Assembly (NCBI RefSeq): GCF_006345805.1
Contig: NC_043001.1
Coordinates: 37,572,001-37,636,000 of the forward strand
Length of the DNA stretch: 64,000 bases
Reading direction: 5' to 3'
Origin: Octopus sinensis
Lineage: Eukaryota
Position numbers and translations under genes: made by a program. Shown here piece by piece: positions 52,801 to 64,000 of this stretch; position 1 is the first letter of the stretch, and each line of letters opens with the position of its first letter. The notes below the pieces were generated by a model that saw only the letters and a program-made list of their open reading frames with translations, did no database searches and was not told the origin of the DNA.

Positions 52801-53972
52801 TGATGTGTATGGATGAGGACAGTTGTATAAAGAAGTATTGATCACTTATTAAAGTGGATGGAACTTGTGTAGGAGTAAGACTCAGGGAAACATGGGAAGG
52901 CTGATCTCAAGACCCTGAGCCTTATGAAGAAGACAACAAAAGACTAAGATATCTGGTGCCTTACAATAATCAAGAAGTACTAGCCATCACAGTAGAATTG
53001 ATACCCTAAAATAACCTTAGTAATGCTTATCCATGAAGGGCTCTGCCCCACTCCCCCTTCCATTCTCTCTTCCCCATCAACCTTTCCCCACCATGTTTCA
53101 ACGTTTAACATCCATCACTTCTCTATCACTCAAGAGCAAAATAAGCACATACTCTATCCCCCAGCATTTTCAGTTACTTTTCTTCCCCATCCCAAACCAC
53201 TTTCTTTTCCCATTATCTTCCTCCCTGCCAACTGTCTACACCAATCATCTCCTTTCTGCACCTTCTCCCCTCTCATGTGCTGTTTTCCATCATTAACACC
53301 TCACTTACGTGCTATCACCCTCAATGCCTCCACATATCTACCATAACCTACACCCACTAAGCCTTTCCTAGGTTTCTCCCCATCATTTATCACTGCGGCC
53401 TCTATCCTGCCCACTCACCCAGTCCAAACGTCTGTATCACTTCACCTATTCTCACCAATCCCAAAGTCCCTAGGGGATATGTCCTGACACATTTTCCTCT
53501 TCAGCTCTTTCACTATCACTCTCCTTACTTACTCTCTAATTCACTCTTCTTTGCTTTCCAACTGGTGTACCATGTATCTACAATAAAACACTTATCTCTG
53601 CCCCTCCATATGTTTAATCTCTCAAATGGAACGAAGCCACCCCACCAATACTACTCCCTCCCCTCAGTTGATGGGAGTTTTGCCTTTTTTTGTCTTGCAA
53701 GGTACTTGATGACTCTGTCAGTGCTGGTTCTACATAAATAGTTCCAGTGCTGGTACCCCGTAAAAAGTATTGGTTCTGGTACCACATAAAAGGAGCCCAT
53801 GCTGGTGCCATGTAAAAAGCACCTAGTACACTATGAAAGAGTTGGTGTTAGGAAGGGAATCCAGCAATAGAAATGATGCCAAAACAATGGCTCCTGATCT
53901 TACCAGCTTTTGTCAAACTGACCAAATGGAAAACAGACATTAAATGGTGATGATGATGACGATGATGATGAC

Positions 53973-54038
<66 letters not shown>

Positions 54039-54652
54039 GATGATGATGATGCATGCAAACATTAAAATCATCTATGTTTTTACAAGACAACTATCAGAGC
54101 TTGTTGCTGGAGAAACAGAAGAAATATATAAATACATAAATCTTCACTTATGTGATGAACAATTATCCCAGTAGAATTGAATATATAAACTGATACATGC
54201 ATAGATACAAGAAACAAACACCCGCTTATTGGATATTTTATATCCAAACACCCACTGTTCCGCATAATTATAGTGAATGTCTTACTAACTATTGCTTAGC
54301 ATAAATGTTTTGTCATCAGAGTAAAATAGGATACTCCATTATCATGCAGAGAGTCAAGTGAGGATATACTGGAATACTTTAGCATTGCTGTCATCAGCCA
54401 AACAGAAGGATTTAGGTTTATCACTAACAAAATATTTCTCAGTTAAAAAGTGCTCTTACCATCTATAGCAATCTGCTGTAGTTAAACACAGCCTTTCACA
54501 ACAGTGGCATTTTATATCTGAAAGTATTGTAGCATTGAGAGAAACAGTGGACTGCTGAGGATAAGATATTGCTTCATTACCATATTAGTAAGCTCAGATT
54601 CTACCAACACTCCCAACTGTAGCTTTCTCTCGGCTAATGTGTTATTGCTAAT

Positions 54653-55071
54653 TACTTTACTTTTACTTTTACTTTTACTTGTTTCAGTCATTTGACTGCG
54701 GCCATGCTGGAGCACCGCCTTTAATCGAGCAACTCGACCCCGGGACTTATTTTTTTGTAAGCCCAATACTTATTCTATCGGTCTCTTTTGCCGAACCGCT
54801 AAGTAATGGGGACATAAACACACCAGCATAGGTTGTCAAGCAATGCTAGGGGGACAAACACAGGCACACAAACACACACATACATATATATATATATACA
54901 TATATATATGACGGGCTTCTTTCAGTTTCCGTCTACCAAATCCACTCACAAGGCATTGGTTGGCCCAGGGCTATAGCAGAAGACACTTGCCCAAGGTGCC
55001 ACACAGTGGGACTGAACCCGGAACCATGTGGTTGGTTAGCAAGCTACTTACCACACAGCCACTCCTGTGCC
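54653..55071 (-). mobile_element. full-length tRNA-derived SINE with internal microsatellite and (GTAAAA)n tail
   Basis: Head ggcacaggagtggctgtgtggtaag...ggttccgggttcagtccc (A/B-box-like), then caccttgggcaagtgtcttct. Partial relatives at ~6700-6840 and ~62475-62660. Confidence 0.8.
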
Positions 55072-55080
55072 TATAATTAA

Positions 55081-55290
55081 GGCAGTGAGCTGGCAGAATC
55101 ATTAGTATGCCAGACAATGTTTAGTAGCATTTTGTCCATCTTTATATTCTGAGTTCAGATGCTGCTGAGGTTGAGTTTACCTTTCATCCTTTCAAGGGTT
55201 GATAAAATAAGTACCAGCTAAGGACTGGTGTTGATGTCATTGATGTATCACCTCCTCTGAAATAGCTGAGCTTGTACCAAAATTTAAAAT
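55081..55290 (+). mobile_element. SINE with Nin-like central domain
   Basis: gagctggcagaatcattag...ctttcatcctttc..gttgataaaataagtaccag. Further copies at ~13278-13465(-), ~47368-47570(+), ~59470-59670(-), ~59700-59835(-) and ~62230-62430(-). Confidence 0.7.
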
Positions 55291-56499
55291 CCCTATGTTA
55301 CTGTTAATTAGTGGTGATTTTCTTGGATTTACTTGAAGTTACTTTCAGTTCTTTTAATTAAAAACTCAACATTTGGGTACTGAATTTATTTTGTCTTTCT
55401 AAGGACAGAATTATCTTAACTGATACTGTTATAAATACAGTATTGTCTCTATTTTATTAGATGTGCTGCCAAATTGCTTTATTCTGTATACCCAGTCATT
55501 TCCTACCTTAGGGTCATCATATAATATTGATGGAAATGCTATTACAGTTTTTAAACAACAAATAGTTGAAGCCCAAGGAATTCAAATTTATTAATTGCCA
55601 CTGAATTGTGCTTTTAAAAATGGCACATAACTCTGGTTGCTTCAGTCAACTTGGTAAACATGTATAACTGAGAATTGAGTGTTTAGTAAAAGGAATGTGT
55701 CTGGCTGTAGAATGTTATTTCAAGAAATATGAAAACACACAAATATATAAGAAATTAAAATAAATAAGAATCCATTTTTCTGATGTTAGATAAATGTAGA
55801 TCAACAAATGATAAGTCTTGAAATGTAAACATTCTAGATTGATAGTGAGAATAAAACACTGAACCAAAATCCAATTATCCAAAAATTTACATAAAAAAAA
55901 AGTAAAAGGAATTCATTCATCAACTTTATTTCAGTTATGATAAGTCTTATTACACACAAGAGCATAACGTCACAACTAAAAACTTCCACTACATGTAGTG
56001 CTTTTGGGAAAGCTAGCTAGATGGTACCACTCCTACTCTATCTATATCAGTCATAGGCAACCTACGGCCTATGGAGCTTTCTACATGGTGAACCTAACAA
56101 AAAGATTACTTTATTTATAGTAGTGTGTAGTGGTGAACCAACAAAGTATCTTGTAGGTAGTTACTCACAGTGCAAGGAGTAGCAGTTAAAGTTTTAAAGG
56201 TAGTGTTATATCCTTAAAATGTAGGATTGTTATAATGCCCACTTTGGTACACAGTATACTTAGTAAAACCAGTAAAGACACAACTATCTCTGACTGCCTA
56301 CTATGTACTCTGGTACTACATGTACTTCACTTTACTGATAGTGACTAGGTTAGTCCATTTGTCATGTGGGAGGAATGTACCATTATTACTATTCACTAAT
56401 TATTACATCTTTCCTATTAAGTTTTTCTTACGAAGTGTCATTTTATTTATCAATAATTTTTTAATTTACCCCGCCTCTCTTTTTTGAGTTTTTTTTTCA

Positions 56500-57325
56500 T
56501 ACAATTCAATATTTTTTGCACTTGGTATCTATTTTCAGGAACTCTGTATGGTTTCTTTTCCTCTCACTTGTATGCCTGGGTATAATCACTTACAGTGGTG
56601 TTGGTACTTGGAACATATTGTACAACTATTCCATTGGTTCCTCCAACTTCTTTGATTTGCTTTCCACGAATCTCTTTTACAGTTGGATCCTGTGTCTCTT
56701 TTGTTTGCCATTTCTACTTTTTACCCAATACATCATTTTACCTATGCATTTGGTAATTACACCATCCTCCCAACTCTGCTTTCCATTCTTGTATGCCCTC
56801 ATATACACCTTTTCATCGACTTTAAAGAATCTTGCTATGTCTTCCCTGGCACTTTTTCTTTTCTTGCCCAGTAGCAATTTATCAAAGACTGATTTTACTT
56901 TCCTTGCAAACATCAGCTCTGCTAGTGAGCTACTTGCTGGTGAATTCAGATTTGGTGTCACATGGCACACTCTTAAAAATTGTTTAGAGCTACCTCATCC
57001 ATGACTTCCTTATTTGATTTTGTAAGGGCTCTTTTGAAGGTATTGGCAAAGTGTTCTGCCTGTCCATTAAATCTGGGATGGTATGGCACCATAGTTATAT
57101 GTTCTACTTCAAACGTTTCAGAAAATTAAAAAATTTACTAGACACAAATTATGTTCTGTTGTCAGACACTGTTTTGTCTGGGATGCCAAATCTTGCAAAC
57201 AATTCATGTAAAAAATTTTTTTTATACTTACAAATTTCAGGCCATTTCGAAAAACTATCAACTACCATTAAGTAGTAAAAACCGTCTATAGGACCAGCAA
57301 CATCAATGTGTATTCTTGACTACAG
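56500..57325 (-). mobile_element. Ty3/gypsy integrase fragment
   Basis: RIHIDVAGPIDGFYYLMVVDSFSKWPE, LFARFGIP..SDN, PYHPRFNGQAE..TFKRAL, AELMFARKVKSVFD..FKVDEKVY..W..GVI..KRHRIQL; frameshifted. Confidence 0.85.
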
Positions 57326-60085
57326 AGCATCAATTTTTGAACAATGTTTACTTTTTATCATGGGTAAATTTTCATTTCGTTTTGGCATTTATACAGGTGT
57401 TCCATTCTGTTTTGCTGCAACTTTTTGCTTCAGTCCCTCAGCTATATTCGAACCTTCAACTGAACCGACAATAGATTCCACACAAAACACTTATGAGTGT
57501 ATTCCATACATTGAATAGTTCCATTCACTCTGTGCCAAATAAATTAAGTGAACTTTTTAACACATATATCTTTGCCTTTTTCATTTGACCTCGAAATGTT
57601 ACAACATAAATGAAGTCACAGTCACCATCATCATCATCATCATCATCATCATTATCATCATCATCGTTTAATGTCCATTTTCCATGCTGGCATGGGTTGG
57701 ACGGTTAGACTGAGGACTGCAAGGAAGATGCACCAGGCGCCAATCTGATTTGGCAAGTTTCAACAGCTAGACACCAACCACTGTGAGAGTGTAGTGGGTA
57801 TTTTTTATATGTGCCACAAGCACAGGAGTCAGTCAGATGGCACTGACATTGGCCACACTCGAATGGTGCTTTTTATGTTCCACCAGCAAAGGCAGAACTG
57901 GTACTGGCCACACTTGAGTGGTGCTTTTTCTGTGTCATCAGTGTGTGTGCCAGCCAGGTGGCACTAGTATTGGCCACACTCAAATGGTGCTTTTTACATG
58001 TCACCAGCCTTCCTGGGTTAATCTTCAGTCATCATTAAGTGCCTTTCTTTTCTGCATTTGTATGTAGTTCCAGGTGGGATTTGAACTAAGAATGCTTATT
58101 TCTAATTTAAGAGTCATAAAGTTCTTATCCATTAGTTTACTGATGCATGTACTCCTGTGGACAAAAATGTTATCAACCCCAATTTAGAAATAAGAAATCC
58201 TAGTTTAAATCCAGGCTGTGCTTTTACATATTTAATAATAAGGTCCCTAAAGACAATTAAAGATCACACCAAATGAAATTTAATGCAGATGTGAAAAGTG
58301 GAAAATCTTTTCATCTCCAAACATGAATTTAATAATTTAAAAAATTATAATTTTATCAATAATTTATCTCAGACATTTAAACATTTAATAAAATTGAAGT
58401 TTCCAGATTTATATGGTACATAAAAAACCAATAACTATGTCACTTCCACAGACTCCAATTGCATCACTAAAACTATTATTGTAACATTGACTTATTGCTA
58501 TAACTGTGTCATATCTACATATTAGAACTGTGTTGCTTCCACACACTAAAGTTAAGTCATTTCCATATACTGTCTTTCTGTCATTTCCATATACTAAAAT
58601 CACATCATTTTAAAACTCTATAATTGAGTCAGTTCCTATGCTAGTCATTTTAATGATGTGCTCCTTCCATGGTCAAAAGCTATGTCATTTCCACACACTT
58701 TTGTTTGGTTCTCACTGGCTTTAATTTTGTCATTTCCATGAGCTTTAGTGCTATCTCTTCTGCAGTAGTTATGTCAAATCTGCTGGTTATAGTTTTGTCA
58801 TTTCATTCTGTTATTTCCACAGGGTATATTTGAATCACTTCTACTTCTACAAATCAATATCAAATGGCTGACATGCAGTTAAACAATCTTCAACGTATAT
58901 GAAAATAAAAGCATATAAAAGCATTGAAAAGTCTTTGCTTTCCATTGAACGGAAATAAAATTCTTTTGTTGCTAAGATCAGTAAAAAATCCTCTGAAATT
59001 TCTGCTAGCATGGCTATTATAACTACTGGATTCAAAAATGAAATCTCTTAAGTGTTATCTGTTGAAAAAGCATTTTAGTAACCATAGAGAGTGTTGCTAG
59101 GAGAAGAAATCAGAATGCTAAAAGAAACTAAAATATTTTCAAGATTCCATTCCTGACACAGCAATTAATTACCTATGAAAATACTTTGTAATGTTTTTTT
59201 TTTAAAGTTTTTGAATCTCGGAACATTGAGAAACCCTGTAAACCAATAATAAATTACACTTTATTGGTATACTATACATTAATCCAATTTAATTACATTA
59301 AATTTATTCAAGATCATGTAAGCCAACTAGGGAGAGAAGGGGATAAAAGGCAAAGTTCATACAGGCAAGATATGAATTCAAAAGATTAAGAATCAAAATA
59401 CCAGTGATTTACTATTTCTGTTATTTTGTTGGAAAAACAAAGCAAAAAAAAAATACAAAAATAATAATTGCTTCTAATTTAAGCACAAGACTAGTAATTT
59501 TGAGGAGAAGGGCTAGCCAATTAAAGTGATCCTAATGCTTGATTGATACTTTTTTTTATTGACCTCCAGAAGGATGAAAAACAAAGCTGACCTTGGGAGG
59601 GTTTGAACTCAGAACATAAGGAGCCATACAAAAACCACAAAGCATTTAGCCCAGTGCTCCAAATATTCATCAATAATGACAAAGTGATAATGGATTCTGT
59701 TTTAGGCACAACCCCAAAATTTGAGAGTAGAGGTTAATTATTATCATTGATCTTAGTACTTGATTTGTACCTTATTTCACTGACTCCAAAAGGATGAAAG
59801 GCATTGTTGACCTCGATGGAATTTGAACTCAGAACATCTCTATATCTATAAATGGCAAAATGTCTGTGTATCTGTGTGTCCTTTATACAAATCCACAGGT
59901 TTTCACGTAAAAGGCTCACATTTGTGAGTTTGTCTCTTATGGACAACAAGGATTATCAGGCGGGTTCTAAGCACTTGAAAGACTGCTGAAAACTTGTGGA
60001 TACCTAAGGTTACAGGTAGTAGCCTGCTATCCACATAATTCCCACCAAGAATAAGACCGAACCTGAGTCAAACCAAAATAATAGT

Positions 60086-60170
<85 letters not shown>

Positions 60171-62201
60171 GTCAATCCACATGGATTGACTATAAAAAGG
60201 CCTTCAACAGTATACTGCATTCATGGATCTTAAAATCGCTGGACATCTTCAAAATTTCCCGTGATTTCAAGCTTCCTGAAGCACAATATGTCGTTGTGGA
60301 ATACGAATTTCCAATTATACCACTCTAATGGAGTACTTGCCTCAGAGAATATAAACATCAACTGTGGCATGTTTCAAGATGACTCACTTTCACCTCTAAT
60401 ATTCTGCATAGCCCTAATACCCCTTACAAGTGAATTAAACAGAACAGGGTATGGGTATAAAATTGTCAATAAAAAAAATAAGCCATCTATTTTATATGGA
60501 TGACTTAAAACTCTATGGTAAAGATGATAATGAACTTGAAGGCCTATTGCGCACTGTGAAAACATTCAGCGATGACATCGGGATGGAGTTTGGGCTTGAG
60601 AAGTGTGCCAGAAAGGGAAAGTGAAGACCACAAATTCAGTCGTGTTAGATGTTGACACAGTCATAAGAGAGCTTGAGCAAGAACAAACATACAAATATTT
60701 AGGGATAAATGAAGGCTCTGGTATTCAGCATGCAAGCATGAAAGAGAAGATCAGGAAGGAATGTTATAGGAAAGTTTGTGCAGTCCTGAAATCTGAACTA
60801 AATGCACATAACAAGGTGTTAGCTATAAATTCCTTAGCAGTTCCAGTTGTTACTTATAGCTACAATGTGTTGAACTGGAATATGAGTGAAGTAAAGAATA
60901 TAGATAGGAAAATACGCAAGCTGCTGAGTTGTAATAGGATGCACCACCCAAAGGCAGACGTAGATCGCCTTTACCTCCCCAGAACCCAAGGAGGTCGAGG
61001 CCTGATCCAATTTGAACTAGCTTACAAAACAACCACAACTGGACTGGCCAAATATCTTGAAATAACGAATGACTGGATGCTAAAGCTCGTGGAAAATCAT
61101 GAGAGACGAAAGAAGCTTCATTCTATCATAAAAGAAAGCAAAAAATTTGCTATTGATCTCATGCAGGATACCCAAACTGAACAACCCGAAGGAAGTACGG
61201 CAACTATTGTTGCAAAGAAGGTGAAAATAATGGCAACGACAAAAGCGCACGAGCAATTGGCTGATAGGTGGGAGAAGAAACCTCTGCACGGCAAATATGT
61301 GGCCCGTAGCAAACAAGCTGATGTTGACCAGAAGCAAACCCATCAGTGGCTACAGAGCTCAGGGCTAAAAGCAGAGAGCGAAGGTTTCATCCTGGCTGCT
61401 CAAGATCAAAGCCTATTAACCCGGAACTACCAGGCCAATGTGATGAAAAATGGAGCAGACCCAAAATGCCGATTCTGCAACAACATAATTGAAACAGTGG
61501 ACCACCTAATCTCTGGATGTAAAGTCTTAGCACCAATGGAGTATAAATTAAGACATGACAGAGTTGGCTAATATCTACACTGGCTAATAAGTCGGCATTA
61601 CAATATAAAAACTGCCAACAAGTAGTATAATCACCACCCTGAAGCTGTAACTGAAGGAGAAAATGTAACGATTCTGTGGGACTTTCCAGTACATACAGAC
61701 CGAACCATCAAAGCCAATAAACCGGATATTGTTGTGAAAGACCAAAACAATAAAGTTTGCTTATTGATCGACATGAGCATCCCCTGTGATCATAATATCT
61801 CGGCGAAAGAGTTTGACAAGCTCAGAAAATATAAAGACCTGCTCATTGAAATTGAGAAAATGTGGCATCTCAAGGCGGTTACAATACCAGTGATCGTAGA
61901 AGCACTAGGAATGATCAAGAAGGGAACCGAAAATTATATGAGAATGATCCCTGGCTTATCATCCCTGCAAGAAGTGCAAAAGATTGTCTTAACTGGTACA
62001 TTACACGTATTGAGAAGAGCATTGTCGATGTGAGAACTATTACTACCCATGTATTTTAATTTAACTTTAAAAAAAAAAATGAGTGAACTAGTGAGTTTAG
62101 TTTAATGGCCTACCAATGTATACTATAAGTTTCTTTGCCCTAGGAGTCGGGAAGACACTTGGCAAGAAATGGAAGCAAATTTGAAAGAAGAAGAAAAAAA
62201 A
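60171..62201 (+). mobile_element. 5'-truncated R4/Dong-clade non-LTR retrotransposon (RT + CCHC knuckle + restriction-like endonuclease) in (TAA)n
   Basis: WIDYKKAFNS..HSW, GMFQDDSLSPL.F, FYMDDLKLY, RLYLPRTQGGRGL, CRFC..ETVDHLISGC, RHD, NKPDIVV..LIDMSIP..KYKDL. (TAA)n on both sides (60088-60170, 62204-62230). Several stops and frameshifts. Confidence 0.9.
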
Positions 62202-62678
62202 GATAACAATAATAATAATAATAATAATAACTTCTGGTCTAGGCACAAGGCCAGCAATTTTCAAGGGATTCAGGTTAGTTGATGCCTGTGGTCCCAATAC
62301 TTGAATGGTACTTTATTTTATCAAACCCCAGAGGGATGAAAGGGAAAGTTGACCTCAGTGGTTTGGACTCAAAATATAAAGAGCCAGAAAAAATACCTGA
62401 AGGTATTTTATCTGACACTCAAATAATTCTTCCAATCAAAATTGCTTGTTATTAAATAGAGATGCTACATATGTATATTCTTTTATTCTTTCATTTGTTT
62501 CAGTTATTAGACTATGGCAATGCTGGGACAGAGCCTTGAAGAATTTTAGTTAAATGAATTGACCTCACTACTTATTTTTTAAGCCTGGTACATACCATAT
62601 TGGTCTCTTTTCCCGAAGTGATAAGTTACAGGGGCATGAAACACACCAACACTGGTTATAAAGAAACATGAAATTTAC

Positions 62679-62813
62679 CTTTTTCAACTTTCTTCTTGAA
62701 TAATAAAGATACAATGGGCATATGTGAATGCAGTTCCACTTCAGTTCGCATCTAGATGACTCCATGAAAATATTATGATTAACCAGATCTTTGTTGCTTT
62801 TCCATTGAATTCT
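62679..62813 (-). other. candidate isolated exon (135 nt, open in phase 0-0) of an unidentified transcript
   Basis: atttgcag|AGA ATT CAA TGG ... TTG AAA AAG|gtaaat; encodes RIQWKSNKDLVNHNIFMESSRCELKWNCIHICPLYLYYSRRKLKK; no homology recognised. Confidence 0.35.
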
Positions 62814-64000
62814 CTGCAAATAAATCAGAAATAAAATGGAGAGGTTTTAGACTTGTCTTCCTTCCAAGAAATGACAACAGTTTTAAATATACAGTACAGA
62901 ATAAGGTTTCAAAACAAACTGATGCAACAAAAGAATTCCTACAATAAATTCTGTAACAAGTAATGTTAATATTTGCTTTCTATTGTTCCAATGGAGTTGA
63001 TGGCAACACAGTTTCAGTTTCCATTTAGAAGCAGTTTCACTTAAAAAAAAAAGAAGTAAAAATATCACATTTTACCTTGCTTATAAATTTAGAGCTTGAT
63101 ATCTGAGTAAAATATTATTTTAATTTGGTCTATGTTTTGTTGATGTTTGGACCCAAGCCATTCCTAATCAAGTAAACCTATAAATTGTCTAGCTGGTGTA
63201 GAGAGCAGAACACCTAATTAGATTCTGCAGAATCTAATTTAACTTCTCATATTTTCAAGTTCAAATCATAACACTGACAACTTGATTGTAATCAAATATC
63301 CAAAGAGACAACTTTTTTTACCCTCGGGTCATACATTAACACACCAATATTTAAGCATTGACAATTAGTAAGACATCTTGGAAGAATTCACTTTTAAAAT
63401 AGTTAAACAATATGCTATGTAATTTGATCAACAATTGGATACATTTAACAATTACAACAGCCAAGTACATAAGGTAAGGTGCGTCCATGTCTTGTAAATA
63501 TTGAGTAAGAAAGATTTAAGACCATGGTTTCAAGGAAACTGATAAGGATCTGTGTTGGTAACAATTAAGAGTTTGCAGAATATTGATAAACAAGAGTCTG
63601 CAGAATATTGACCAGGTCACTCTGCTTGCAAAATTGTAACATGCATTGGAGTACTGTGTACATATTTCAGATGGTGCTTTCTTTCTTTCTCTCTATCTCT
63701 ACACACACACATACATACACATACACACATGCAAACATACATGTGCAAACACGCACACACACTATATCATGTACAAAAATAAGTTAGCTAGCTAATTGGT
63801 GAAAATTCACTCACCAACATGTTACATTCTCTAGCTCACAGACATAGCCATTTCTTCTCTCACTGCTCTATTGCTATCTTTAAAACTTCTGTTTCTCTGA
63901 ACCCCATAGCTGCACAACCTCACTCTACTCATTACCATTGCAGGGGAGCTCACATTATATACTTATTCAATTTCTTTTTTCCAGAATGCAACTCTCAAGA

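Noticed and set aside
53848-54174. Poly-His / poly-Met ORFs
   Set aside because: They derive from the expanded (GAT)n tail of a SINE.
54995-55071. tRNA-like sequence
   Set aside because: It is the A/B-box head of a SINE, continuous with SINE body and tail; no complete cloverleaf.

Overview
Eukaryotic, AT-rich, microsatellite- and transposon-dense DNA. The repeat landscape (SINEs with (GAT)n tails, Nin-domain SINEs, abundant (TA)n/(GT)n) suggests an octopus/coleoid cephalopod genome; this is inference. One clear protein-coding gene is present: a TMEM117 orthologue on the minus strand with five coding exons (41985-41433, 38915-38680, 37603-37346, 35542-35422, 31912-31413; 1668 nt, 555 aa). All junctions are GT-AG with compatible phases. 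The rest is mobile DNA: two decayed Penelope-like elements (RT + GIY-YIG), a 5'-truncated CR1-group LINE with an open ORF, an R4/Dong-type RLE LINE sitting in a (TAA)n tract, mariner relics including an intronic foldback, LTR-retrotransposon fragments, a solo LTR with a 4-bp TSD, many SINEs and a near-identical ~2.23 kb tandem duplication. The most striking non-obvious signal is at ~23.7-28.0 kb. A (TA)n hotspot there is packed with short, non-coding, largely palindromic mini-elements of several unrelated sequences. Most carry a minimal type-I hammerhead ribozyme motif (CUGANGA-stem II-GAAAC-palindromic stem III-GUH), with intact cores in three copies. All analysis was by eye, with no database searches.
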